In this document: positions 9,425 through 20,100 of the stretch, piece after piece
Layout: the number at the start of each line of letters is the position of its first letter
How positions within the stretch are numbered: the stretch's first letter is position 1
Program-made: the position numbers and the translations under genes
The notes under the pieces: generated by a model
The model's input: only the letters and a program-made list of their open reading frames with translations
Told to the model about the DNA's origin: nothing
The model's database searches: none
Assembly: GCA_018432615.1 (NCBI GenBank)
Contig: JAHDSQ010000031.1
Coordinates: forward strand, 6,009-70,008
DNA from: Clostridia bacterium
GTDB lineage: Bacteria > Bacillota > Peptococcia > DRI-13 > SM3-B62
Reading direction: 5' to 3'
Length of the DNA: 64,000 nt

Positions 9425-12400
9425 GTGAATATCAAGAAGATTTCGAAGCTGCTTATTGCGGCGTTGCTATTCCCAATTTTATCATGTTTTCTCTTTAGCT
9501 TTAACCTAGAGAGAGCGCAGGCGGAACCCTTGTCGTTCAACGGACTATATGAAACCTGGTATAACTCTGTTAGGCTTGATAAAAACGATCGTAGTATACC
9601 GGATGTCGTATTCGGATATAGTCACAACGTAACCGAGGGTAATGCAAAAGATCCTGAGGATAACATAGCCGGCTTTGCAAAAGAAGAGACAAGAAAAGCG
9701 TATGATACTTTTGACAAAAGTGTGGTATTCAAGGAGACGGGCATCTATCAAGGCAAGTACGGGTTCAGGATTAACAGCCTTGACTGGGATGATGAATGGT
9801 ACAGCAAGTACATCTGGGGGGAATTTACCGGATATATTAAATTTCCTGTGGGTGAAACTCTATTCCATGGAACCCTTGACAGCAGATCCAGGTTAATTGT
9901 TGAAATTGACGGAAAGAGAGTTGTTGATAAATGGGATAGTATCCCAAACACAAAAGAAGCATTGGAGGGGAATCCTTATGATAGTTCCATTAGAAACACA
10001 TATTTATCAAAGATAAAGGTGGAAGAAGAGGGAGCTCTTATCAGGATACAGAACGAACCGGGGAATCAATACAAGCAGATTCGTATTCTGATAGGGAGGA
10101 CCGGCGAGAGAATACCTGAGGATTATTATTATTGTAAGGAGGCAGTTTCAATTGGTTATTATGGACTAGCTGAATTGTGGGCTTACAAACCTTTTCCCAT
10201 ATCCTCGTTCTATACCACAATTCCGGCCAAAGACCTGGGACCATATCTTAAACTTGATGATGAAAAGGATGACGTGCGATTCACCGGTGTTGCCAGAACT
10301 CTGGATTTATCACGGTATCAGTACGGTTTTGGGCAATTGACCCCTTCGGGTCAATTGCAAATGCCGCAAGAATTTTACGATTTCGATTTTTATAACCAGT
10401 ATGTGGGTGATGTGGCCGGAATATTGATGATTAAAGACAAGGGCTCAAATTCCCAAGCGGAAATGCTGCAAGCCGGGGAGTTCACCAAAGGCCTGACCGC
10501 GCCGAAAGATCTTGCCATAACCTGTCGGGGCATTGCTGAAAACACCCTGGAATGGACAGCCGCCAAAACTAGCAGCGCCATCAAAGAATACCAAATATAC
10601 AGGCGGACTATTAGGGATACGGAAGGATTTATTCAGATTAATCCTGCCTCGGAGAAGATTGGGGTAACAACAGCAACAAGGTACACTGATGAGGCGTTGG
10701 AGGTCAATTATATTCAGGAAGGAATTTATGAATACACGGTCAAGGCGGTAGACAAGAAGGGCAATATCTCGGAGGAAAGCAACCCGGTCAGAACCGACAA
10801 AGTGCCGATTACGGATCCTCCCACAACTCCCGCCGGTTTGGAGCTGGTGTCCAAGGGACCCGACGAGGTTAATCTGAAGTGGAAGGCATCTTCCGACAGT
10901 AGCGGTATAGAAAAATATGTAGTTTTGCGGCAAATGACCTGGCAGGAAAACGGCACCGGAAGATTAGAGTTGTTGCCTAAACTTATCGGGTCCTCCACAA
11001 GAACGGAATATAAAGATACTTCATATGAGGATGGTCCATACAAAGACCACTCCTTGGAAATGGGTCAGGCCTACAAATACTGGGTAATGGCCGTAGATTC
11101 CGACAAAAACCCCTCCGCAAGAAGCAATGCAGTGACTGTCAGGGTTCCTACGGCACCCTTGGCACCCACAGAGCTGAAAGCCGGTTCAATCTATCAGCCT
11201 GAAGGGAAGGTGGAATTCTTCATCCCGCCCAGCAAAAGGGAAGGGGTAGTAAATGCGGCCTATTCCGTTTTCTTAGGTCCGCAAAAAGAAGCCTACCTGG
11301 AGTGGAAACCCTCAGAGGGTGAGTATAAAGTTGTTGGCTATGATATCTATCGTGAAGGTCGTGGGTTGAACTATTCTGAAAGGGCCGAGTCGCTAGCCTG
11401 GCTGGAAGATAAGCATAAAGTGGCTACTACAAGGGATACATTCTTTACCGACAGCGGTCTTAATCCCGGTGGCAGCTATACTTATACGGTTGTAGCCCGG
11501 GGTGAGGAAGATTGCGGATTTCCCGGAGAGCAGGTTCGTGTGCATACCATATGTCCCTATTTGCATGATTTGACCTTAAGCAGCGGCACGTTGGAACCCT
11601 CTTTCAGCTACCATCATCAGGAGTATACCGCCCAGGTGGAATATGCGGTGGAAACTATCACATTAAAGCCTACGCATCTTGATGACTGTTCCACGGTCAT
11701 GGTGAACGGAAAAGAAGTGCTTCCGGGCAGAGTATCGGAGAAGGTGCGGTTGGATCTCGGGCCCAATACTATAAATGTTGATGTCCTTTCGAGAAAAACT
11801 GATAATCCCTACATGGAAAAGCAGGTGCGCTATACAATTACGGTCAACCGGGAAAATATGAAAAACCCTCCTAAGCTGACTCTGCCTCAAGAGGTAACGG
11901 TTTTAGATGAGGGTGACACATACCGGGCGGAAGGACTTCTTGCTGTTACAGAGGAAACTCAGGCAATTTCAAAGGGCAAGTGGCAGGGTCTGGTTGATTA
12001 CGGTGACGGCACCAAGCCGCAGAAGCTTTCTCTTAATTCCGACGGCACTTTCCAACTGCAGCATCAATATAAGGACGACGGGGATTATGACGTCGCTGTT
12101 ACCTTTATTTATCAAGGTGTGGGTGAAGTTACCGAACACACATCTGTAAAAGTTCATAACGTGGCGCCTGAATTTAAAGGGCCGGGTATGGTTGACGAGG
12201 TCGAGGCCATGGAGGGAGAGACCGTCAGTTTGGATGGAATGGTTGTTGACCCCGGGGATGACACTTGGGAATTGGCTGTGGATTATGATAATGCCCTGGG
12301 GCCTCTAACGGTTTCTTTAAATCCTGATAAGACTTTTACCCTTAAACACAAGTTTTATGATTCTCGCCCCCTTTATGATATCTCCATAAAGGTAGCAGAC

Positions 12401-13702
12401 GATGAAGGCGCTTTTGCGAAAAGGGATATCAAGGTGAACGTAAATAATGTAATTCCTGCTGTGGAAATCGGTTCGGATGCGGTTGTTCAGAAGGGAGTCA
12501 CTTTTACCAGGGCAGGACAGTTTAGCGATCCCGGTCTTGACACTTGGAAGGCGTATGTTAATTACGGTGACGGCAGGGGTGAACAGGAACTGAGTTTAAG
12601 TGAGGGCAAAACCTTTAATCTAAGGCATGTTTACCCGACTAAAGGCAGTTATACGGTTACCGTAAGAGTTGAGGATAATGACGGAGGCGAAGGCCGGGCC
12701 TCTTTTGCGGTAAAGGTAAAGGACTATGTAATATCACCTCAGGCCGGGGATGATGCTTCCCTTGATGAAGGGCAGAATTTGCAGCGGACTGTTCAAATAA
12801 ATGGTCCGGGGGACAAAATTGACAGTGTCACAGTCGATTATGGGGATGATTCCGGTGAGAAAACTCTTCCATTGTTAGAGAGGAACATCAGCGTGGGGAT
12901 GACGGATGCTGTTGACAGGAGAGACGCAGGCGGTGCGTCTGGTATCGGTGGTAATCAGACGGATGCCATAACAATGAAAACAGGGGCGGTTCAGTTGGGA
13001 CATGTTTATAGCGATGACGGAAGTTATACCGTGTCGGTGAAAGTAACGGATGAGGACGGGGACTGCTATGAAGATTCCTTCCATGTAGATGTTGCTAACG
13101 TGGCACCAGAGGTTAAGATTAACAGTTCCGGGAACATACGAGAGGGGGAAACATTCATCTGTTCAGGTTCTTTCAGCGACCCGGGAGCTGATGAATGGAT
13201 GGCCACTATTGATTTTGGAGACGGCAGAGGAGAGCTTCCGCTTGATCTCAGCGGCGATAAAACATTCAGCGCAAGTCACTGTTATAATTCATTCGGGAAC
13301 TATACAGTATCGGTCAAAGTACGCGACAAGGACGGCGGCGAAGGTGAGGATACAGTCTTACTATGGGTTCAGTCAAGAGGAGGCGGAGCTTCCGGCAATG
13401 CCGATTTGAGCAACCTTGTCTTGAATGGCTGTGTCCTTAGCCCTGAGTTTAGTGCGGATTGTCTGGATTACACCGTAGTCTACGGAGATGATTCAACAAG
13501 TGTTACGGCTACGGCGTCCGATTCGGAAGCTAGCATAGCTGCCTATAATTGGGGAACTGACACTTGGGTTAGTATGACAAGCGGAGAGTCGCAGAGTGTG
13601 TCCTTCGGAGGGGGGGCTACGCCTGAGGACTCGGCGAGGATGTTAATAAGAGTAACTGCAGCCAATGGTGCGACCAAAACATATACGGTTACAAAATCAT
13701 GA
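9425..13702 (+). CDS. Very large secreted multidomain protein (Fn3-like, repeated PKD-like DYGDG modules, cadherin-like beta-sandwich domains)
   Basis: The ORF track gives 9374..13702. A GTG at 9425 follows GGAGGAGGA and gives the signal-like N-terminus VNIKKISKLLIAALLFPILS. The sequence has repeated (V/N)(D/N)YGDG...V(T/K)D(E/N)DG units and two (L/V)SPEF/LEPSF..Y cadherin-like segments. Confidence 0.8.
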   Translation: MNIKKISKLLIAALLFPILSCFLFSFNLERAQAEPLSFNGLYETWYNSVRLDKNDRSIPDVVFGYSHNVTEGNAKDPEDNIAGFAKEETRKAYDTFDKSVVFKETGIYQGKYGFRINSLDWDDEWYSKYIWGEFTGYIKFPVGETLFHGTLDSRSRLIVEIDGKRVVDKWDSIPNTKEALEGNPYDSSIRNTYLSKIKVEEEGALIRIQNEPGNQYKQIRILIGRTGERIPEDYYYCKEAVSIGYYGLAELWAYKPFPISSFYTTIPAKDLGPYLKLDDEKDDVRFTGVARTLDLSRYQYGFGQLTPSGQLQMPQEFYDFDFYNQYVGDVAGILMIKDKGSNSQAEMLQAGEFTKGLTAPKDLAITCRGIAENTLEWTAAKTSSAIKEYQIYRRTIRDTEGFIQINPASEKIGVTTATRYTDEALEVNYIQEGIYEYTVKAVDKKGNISEESNPVRTDKVPITDPPTTPAGLELVSKGPDEVNLKWKASSDSSGIEKYVVLRQMTWQENGTGRLELLPKLIGSSTRTEYKDTSYEDGPYKDHSLEMGQAYKYWVMAVDSDKNPSARSNAVTVRVPTAPLAPTELKAGSIYQPEGKVEFFIPPSKREGVVNAAYSVFLGPQKEAYLEWKPSEGEYKVVGYDIYREGRGLNYSERAESLAWLEDKHKVATTRDTFFTDSGLNPGGSYTYTVVARGEEDCGFPGEQVRVHTICPYLHDLTLSSGTLEPSFSYHHQEYTAQVEYAVETITLKPTHLDDCSTVMVNGKEVLPGRVSEKVRLDLGPNTINVDVLSRKTDNPYMEKQVRYTITVNRENMKNPPKLTLPQEVTVLDEGDTYRAEGLLAVTEETQAISKGKWQGLVDYGDGTKPQKLSLNSDGTFQLQHQYKDDGDYDVAVTFIYQGVGEVTEHTSVKVHNVAPEFKGPGMVDEVEAMEGETVSLDGMVVDPGDDTWELAVDYDNALGPLTVSLNPDKTFTLKHKFYDSRPLYDISIKVADDEGAFAKRDIKVNVNNVIPAVEIGSDAVVQKGVTFTRAGQFSDPGLDTWKAYVNYGDGRGEQELSLSEGKTFNLRHVYPTKGSYTVTVRVEDNDGGEGRASFAVKVKDYVISPQAGDDASLDEGQNLQRTVQINGPGDKIDSVTVDYGDDSGEKTLPLLERNISVGMTDAVDRRDAGGASGIGGNQTDAITMKTGAVQLGHVYSDDGSYTVSVKVTDEDGDCYEDSFHVDVANVAPEVKINSSGNIREGETFICSGSFSDPGADEWMATIDFGDGRGELPLDLSGDKTFSASHCYNSFGNYTVSVKVRDKDGGEGEDTVLLWVQSRGGGASGNADLSNLVLNGCVLSPEFSADCLDYTVVYGDDSTSVTATASDSEASIAAYNWGTDTWVSMTSGESQSVSFGGGATPEDSARMLIRVTAANGATKTYTVTKS

Positions 13703-13733
13703 TTTTTTCGTAATCGCTTGTATGTTCCCCCTG

Positions 13734-13781
13734 ACAAATAGAGTAGGGAAACCATATAAATGGTTTCCCTACTCTATTTGT
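13734..13781. terminator. Bidirectional rho-independent terminator between convergent genes
   Basis: Perfect 22-bp stem ACAAATAGAGTAGGGAAACCAT / ATGGTTTCCCTACTCTATTTGT with a 4-nt loop, between the stops at 13702 (+) and 13801 (-). Confidence 0.7.
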
Positions 13782-13800
13782 ACAGGCAGCCTACAGTATT

Positions 13801-16671
13801 CTACAGAAAATACCCGGCGGCTTCTTCATAAATCTCTCGGTATCTAATTCTTTTTTCAACTGCCCAATGTGCTTCGAAATCTGATAAATACTCCCCTTTA
13901 TACAAGGATAGCAGCTTTCGGGCTTGTTCCTTGGTATTTTGCAGCTTGAATGCTTGATATGAACTTTCATAGAGGTCACAGTCCCACGCAATTTCGTCCC
14001 GACAGATAAAATAGCGGTTTTCCCGGCAGATAACCGCTTCCGCTATGCCGGCGTGTTTAAGGTCATTTCTGAGGTGCGTCAGATTGACTGCAATCAAATT
14101 CTTGATGTTATTGGCCTCCGAATCTTGCCAAATAGCGTTATATATCTGTTCTTTTGTAGCTCCCCGTTCACCGGCATCAAGCAAAAAGGCCAGAAGCTCA
14201 CGTTCCTTTTTCGACCTGAATTTCAGGTGCTTTTGCCTGTTTTTGCCTTCATAAGCGGCAAAGCCGCCCAAAGTTTCAATATACACTATCTTTGGCTTGT
14301 ATCCGGCAAAATCCATCATCTGCCTTGTGAATTCCGGTTCAATCCCATTGTCATACGCAAACTCAAGAACCTGGTCGTAAGCTTTACGCATCCTGAAATA
14401 TTCATAGAGCCCATTGTCGGAGCAGAGCTTAAGATAACGCTGCGTGAGAACGGTCGCCTTTTCATAATCCTTTGTCTCTATGGCTGCTTTTACGAGTATT
14501 CCGTAGGCTAGGGAGGGATGAAGCATCATATTGGCTTTCTCTCCGACTTCTACACACAGGCTGGCACACTTTACCGCATTCGGGTAATCGGATATAGCGG
14601 AAAAATACCCCATCAGTCTTGCCAGGACAAGGTTCTTCAAATAAGCACCTGCCTTGTCGAGGTTTTCAAAGATTTCCCCCACACTGTCTTCCTGTGGGAT
14701 GTCGGAGAAAATGAGACTATAGGTAAGCCGCTGCATTTTTGCCCAATGCATCTGGAAATCGGTTTTACGATAGAGAGGCGCGTACTCGTCCGCCAAGGTA
14801 AAATACTTAATCGCAGCCTCAAAGGAAGCATTTTCACCGTTCATTTTATCTATAAAGGCGTTCTGGTAATGGATTTCAGCCGCAAGCAGGTAGCCTGCCC
14901 ACATTTCTTCATAGTTGCCTGTGTTGATGAGTTGTTGAAGCTCCTCCGACAATATTGACAGGGAACGGTTTCTGTCTCCCAACATCTGATAAGCCTTGGC
15001 AGCATAGATGTCGGTGCTGTGCATCCCGAGGTATTTCAGTTCCTCCACGGGTATCGCGAGGGATTTTTCATAATAGTAAACAGATTCTTTCATTCTTCCT
15101 GCAAAAAAATGTATAGTGCTCAAATACCTCTCAAACCAAAGCATGACCTTCAGATTACCGCCATTGGCACAGGCTTCTATCATTTGCCGGGACAGAGAAT
15201 ATGCTTCGTTGATCCGGGAATCCCAGCATAGGTTGTATAACTTTTCAATGACTACAGAATAAGCTAATTCGTCGGCTTGACTGTCAAGCTTTGCAATCAG
15301 TTCGTCCAGCAGTCTGTTGGATTCCTCAAAGGAGATAAAATTACGGAGAACCCTTGCTTTATGCAGCATGGCTTCAAAGTACAGGCTCTTTTCGTCAGTA
15401 TTTAATGAAGGTAACGCCGCTTCAAGGCAGGCCTTGGCCCGGACAAAATTGCCCATAACGGAAAGCAAGGCACCCTTTGCTACAAGGAGCTCCGGGCTCC
15501 ATTCATAAGTAGCATTATCCAGTGCCTTAAACCATATTCGGAGCTCATGGAAATTACCTGTCTTGATAAAATCCCTGTAACAGGTCAGGATGATTGTTCC
15601 CAGCAGTTCGTAGTCTTGTGAATCCATAGCGTAACGGGCTGCCCTTGAGTATTGCTTCTTTTTAAAATAATATCGGGCTGCTTTCTGTAGCAGTACAGGT
15701 TTTTGGGATTTATCCCCCGCTTCCAGCAGGCTGTTCCTAAAAAGCGAGTGGTAACGGTAGAATCCTTCGCTCGTCTTAATAATGAAAATATTACGGGATA
15801 CAAGGCTTTCCAAGATAAGCCTTGTATTTTTTATATTCAGGACAACATCCAGCATCTCTGCGTCCAGTTCGTCAAAGAAGGCGGATTTTTTTACGAAATC
15901 TACCATGCCGGAGCTCAGATTAGCGATGCATTCATAGAAAAGGTAAGAGTACAGGGCTTCGTTTCCATAAGCAGGAATGTCATCAATGGATATACCGTTC
16001 TCCAGTAAGACCTTGAAAGAACCGATGGCAAGGGGCCACCCCTCTGTTGTACTGTAAAGGGAGAAATCGTCAAAGCCCAGGATACAGGCGGTCTCCTCCC
16101 TCGTAAAAGCAAGTTCCTTTTGAGTTACCTCCAGGAGATCACCTCTTATTCTGAGGGGTAGAAGATCACTCCAAGGAGCCTCCCTGCTGCCGAAACAGAT
16201 TCTGGCGTTTTTGGGAGGATAATTGGTCAGGTAAGTTAAAAGCTTTTTAACTCCGGCTTCCTCAATTGTATGTACATCATCCAGGATCAAAACAAAATCT
16301 TGGGGGATATTTTCAATACCGCATATCAGCGAGCCTGCAAGCATAGAGACGAAATTATCTCTTTCGAAAAAGGGCAGGTATTCCGACACGGTGAAGTTAA
16401 AATCCGGGAAAGTCTGCTTTATGGCTTCGCAGAATGTATTTACCCAGATAAAAATATCATCCTCTCCATCCAGTGAAAGCCAGACGGCGTATTCCGCCGT
16501 ATTGGCAATCTGTGAAAGGAGGGTTGTCTTGCCGTAGCCCGCACCCCCGTGGATGTATGCCAGTTTTTTTGAACCGGTAAGGACTTTATCCATTAAACTT
16601 TTTCGCTCGATTTGCCCCAGGGCGGGTTTCGGAACCGTCAGTCTTGCACTTGGTATCTTGAGCATATTCAA
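13801..16671 (-). CDS. STAND-type ATPase transcriptional regulator with a C-terminal SARP-like winged helix + BTAD segment
   Basis: N-terminal P-loop GGAGYGKTTLLSQ, Walker B-like LILDDVH and a long helical/TPR-like middle. The C-terminus ETLGGFAAYEGK...KERELLAFLL...IYNAIW...LRNDL followed by LYKGEYLSDF..W is typical of SARP/BTAD DNA-binding regions. Confidence 0.7.
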   Translation of the reverse strand: MNMLKIPSARLTVPKPALGQIERKSLMDKVLTGSKKLAYIHGGAGYGKTTLLSQIANTAEYAVWLSLDGEDDIFIWVNTFCEAIKQTFPDFNFTVSEYLPFFERDNFVSMLAGSLICGIENIPQDFVLILDDVHTIEEAGVKKLLTYLTNYPPKNARICFGSREAPWSDLLPLRIRGDLLEVTQKELAFTREETACILGFDDFSLYSTTEGWPLAIGSFKVLLENGISIDDIPAYGNEALYSYLFYECIANLSSGMVDFVKKSAFFDELDAEMLDVVLNIKNTRLILESLVSRNIFIIKTSEGFYRYHSLFRNSLLEAGDKSQKPVLLQKAARYYFKKKQYSRAARYAMDSQDYELLGTIILTCYRDFIKTGNFHELRIWFKALDNATYEWSPELLVAKGALLSVMGNFVRAKACLEAALPSLNTDEKSLYFEAMLHKARVLRNFISFEESNRLLDELIAKLDSQADELAYSVVIEKLYNLCWDSRINEAYSLSRQMIEACANGGNLKVMLWFERYLSTIHFFAGRMKESVYYYEKSLAIPVEELKYLGMHSTDIYAAKAYQMLGDRNRSLSILSEELQQLINTGNYEEMWAGYLLAAEIHYQNAFIDKMNGENASFEAAIKYFTLADEYAPLYRKTDFQMHWAKMQRLTYSLIFSDIPQEDSVGEIFENLDKAGAYLKNLVLARLMGYFSAISDYPNAVKCASLCVEVGEKANMMLHPSLAYGILVKAAIETKDYEKATVLTQRYLKLCSDNGLYEYFRMRKAYDQVLEFAYDNGIEPEFTRQMMDFAGYKPKIVYIETLGGFAAYEGKNRQKHLKFRSKKERELLAFLLDAGERGATKEQIYNAIWQDSEANNIKNLIAVNLTHLRNDLKHAGIAEAVICRENRYFICRDEIAWDCDLYESSYQAFKLQNTKEQARKLLSLYKGEYLSDFEAHWAVEKRIRYREIYEEAAGYFL

Positions 16672-17137
16672 TTACCTCGTATTCAATTTGGGTGATTAAA
16701 TTATATCAGATATCGGAAAATTTGCGAAAAAGTTGTTATAAAAAGTCATAAATTGCAGTTTTGTTAACGGTTTTGTTAATTACCGCAGGTTTACAATGAT
16801 ATGGAATATGATATCGAAAATAATGTGCTTGAATGTCATAGGGATCGAAGCAAAAGCGAGGTGTATCCGGATGCGGGATGACGATACGAAAAAATTTCCC
16901 GGGGAAGATTGCGATGTAAGTGAAAAAGACTTTCCCTGCAAGGGGAAATGCTGTCATCAAAGCGTCGCGCCGTTTATGGCAAGCTATGTAAGTGATTGTC
17001 CCCACTGTCGTATATCTACATCTCTTCCGTATGGTACAGGCATGAAGACGGTGACGATTTTCGAATGCGAAAAACTCGGGTATGGCAGAAGAATAACGGA
17101 ATAGGTAAAGGGTTAAATAGAATGGTTAGATGGAGGA

Positions 17138-20100
17138 GTGGAGATTGTGAAAAAAGATTTAGGTAAGGTATATTTTAGGCTGATTTTAATATTTCTATTG
17201 CTTATTTCTCTTTGGACCGGGGCGAGCACGGATATTGTCAATGCTATCTCCTTACCTGTAGCCGGATTTAGCAAGGCACTTGACTTTTCGACAGATAGGA
17301 GGATCGATATCCCCAATAATGCTTCAACCAGACTGGCCGGAAATTCCGATTTCACTGTTTCCATGTGGATTTATCCTGAAGCGGAAACCGGTTGCAGAAC
17401 CTTGTACCGTCAGTCCGGAGCTAGCGGAGCATTGGGGGTATGGCTCAGATATGATTATGACGACGCTTCAGGTAAAGGATATTTATATTATGGATTTGAC
17501 AAGCTAGGTACCGGCTGGCAATGGTCATGGCCTTGGGGAACTTTGCCTGAGGAGGTCACGAAGTTCCCTCTGAACCAATGGACTCACGTTGCCCTTACAA
17601 AGTCCGGCAACAGTGTAAAAACTTACGTTAATGGGGTAGTTGATTATGAAATGACTTTAGATGCCATACACTCTGGGGCACCTGCTCCTTTAACCGGTGG
17701 GATCAGTGTTGGCGGTGATAGTGGGAACTATTTTGATGGATGTATTGATGAGATTCGATTCTGGAATACCGGGTTGGACCAGAATAAAATAAGCAGTTGG
17801 ATGTACAGGGAGATTGACGACACACACCCCAATTATGAAAATTTAGTCGTAAACTATAGACTAAATCAAAGCAGCGGAGCTGTAGTGGAAGATACTAGAA
17901 TAACAGACAACAATGGAACTGCAATTAATATAACTGACGGCAACTGGATTCCTTCAGATATCCGCGGGTGGACTGTCAATGCGGGTACTACTTTAAGTGG
18001 GAAGCTGGTTGGCTCCCATGATATGGGGACAAGTACAAACGGATACGACTGGAATCTAACCTTCGAAATCGTAGATCAAGGTAGCAAGGGAACGGCTGCT
18101 GTTACCGGGGATAATCAGTTTACATATACTGTCGATACCGATCAGGAAGGCAGCGATTCTTTCACATATAGGGTTAGAAATGCAGATTCAAATTATTCTA
18201 ATACTCAAACCGTGGACATTAACATCATCCCGGTCAAGGTCATCTCCGGTAATGCAGGGGTTGCGGAGGCAATCTTAAGCTATAACGATGGGAGTGATAA
18301 GACTGTCACTGCTGATGGAACCGGGGTTTACAGCTTCTTAGTACCATCTAACTGGTCGGGCACAGTGACACCCAGCAAGGCGGGTTATACATTTACACCG
18401 GCTAACATGGCATATACAAATGTGTTGGCCGACCAGGCGTCCCAGGACTATACGGCTACCGCTATAACCTACAGCGTAGACTCGATTTCCAACCAGACCA
18501 TGGCACCCCTGACAGCAGGCTATGGCGCCGGGACCCAGGAAACCAAAACTATAACAATAACCAGGACAGGCGCAGGAGATTTGGTGAATCTCGCGGCGGC
18601 CTTAAGCGGAGCTAATGCCGGGGATTTTGAAATAACGCAGCCATTAGTGACCACATTAAATGACGGGGTACCAAACACCACCTTTACAGTGAAAGCAAGG
18701 GACGGGTTAGCGGCCGGAACTTATACCGCAACGGTAACGGTATCTGCAGACAACATGGCCCATGAGACCTTTGCGGTAACCCAGGTGGTAAATCCGCTTT
18801 CGTCACCGGTGCTCCAGTCGGCGAATGCAGGAGACTCCCAGGTTAGTATCATCTGGAATTCGGTTGACGGAGCTACCGAATATAGAATATTTCAAAGCAC
18901 CACTTCCGGTTCCTACGGGGCGGCAATTGCAACTGTTGATAATACCGTCAGCAGCTATGATGCTACGGGTCTAACCAATGGGACAACCTATTACTTTGTT
19001 GTCAAAACTATTGTCGGGGCTAGCGAAAGCGTTAACTCCAATGAAATGAATGCAACACCTCAAGTGCCTGCGCCGGGAGCGCCGGTGCTGCTGTCGGCAG
19101 TCGCGGGAGACGGGTATGTTAATATAACCTGGAATACGGTCCCCGGTTCAACAGGCTATAAAATATATGCAAGCACTACTTCAGGCAGCTATACATTACC
19201 TGCCGATACAGTTGCCGGTGGGGTAAGCAGCACTGATGTAGAAGGACTTGTCAATGGGACAACCTATTGCTTTGTTGTCAAAGCAACCAATCCGGGTGGT
19301 GACAGTGCAGCTTCAAATGAAATCAGCGCTGTGCCACAAAGCGTACCGGGTGCGCCGACAAATGTAACAGCAGTAGCCGGCAACGGTGAAGCTACGGTAA
19401 GCTTCACTGCGCCGGCAGATAACGGTGGGAGCCCAATCACCGGGTACGTTGTTACCTCCGATCCCGATAATATTACGGCAACAGGGATAGCTACAACCAT
19501 TACGGTTACCGGTTTGACTAACGGTACTGCTTATACCTTTTCTGTGCAAGCCTCCAACGGGGTAGGCTATGGTATGGCTTCGGCAGCATCAAATGCGGTA
19601 ACACCTTATAGCCCTTCAAGCGGAGGAGATTCGGACAGCGGTTCGTCATCGCAAGCGGGAGGAGTAGGTACGGAAATACTCATTAACGGGAAAAGGGAGA
19701 TAGCAGCTACAGCACAAACAACAACGATTGAAAACAGAACCGTTATGACTGTTACCGTTAACAATGCAATAGTAGAAGAAAAATTACAACAAGAAGGCGA
19801 TTACACTGTGGTCACCATACCTGTGAAAGATGAAGCTGATGATATTGTTAGTCAATTGAACGGACTGACGGTCAAGAATATGGAAAATAAAGAGGCTGTC
19901 CTGGAGATCAAAACCGAAGGTGTGACTTATACACTTCCTGCATCGCAAATCAATATAGATAGTGTTTCACAGCAGATTGGAGAAGAAACGGAATTACAGG
20001 ATATTGCCGTTAATATCCGTGTGTCTTCGCCTCCGCAGGATGTGGTAGAGGTTGTGGAAGATGTGGCGAAGGAGAATAATTATCAAATTATAGTGGAGCC

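Noticed and set aside
16796-17104. 102-aa Cys-rich ORF (with an 89-aa antisense ORF) in the intergenic region upstream of the LamG/SLH protein gene
   Set aside because: There is no RBS, the two ORFs exclude each other, and the composition looks non-coding. The region is more likely the divergent promoter between the STAND regulator and the surface-protein gene.
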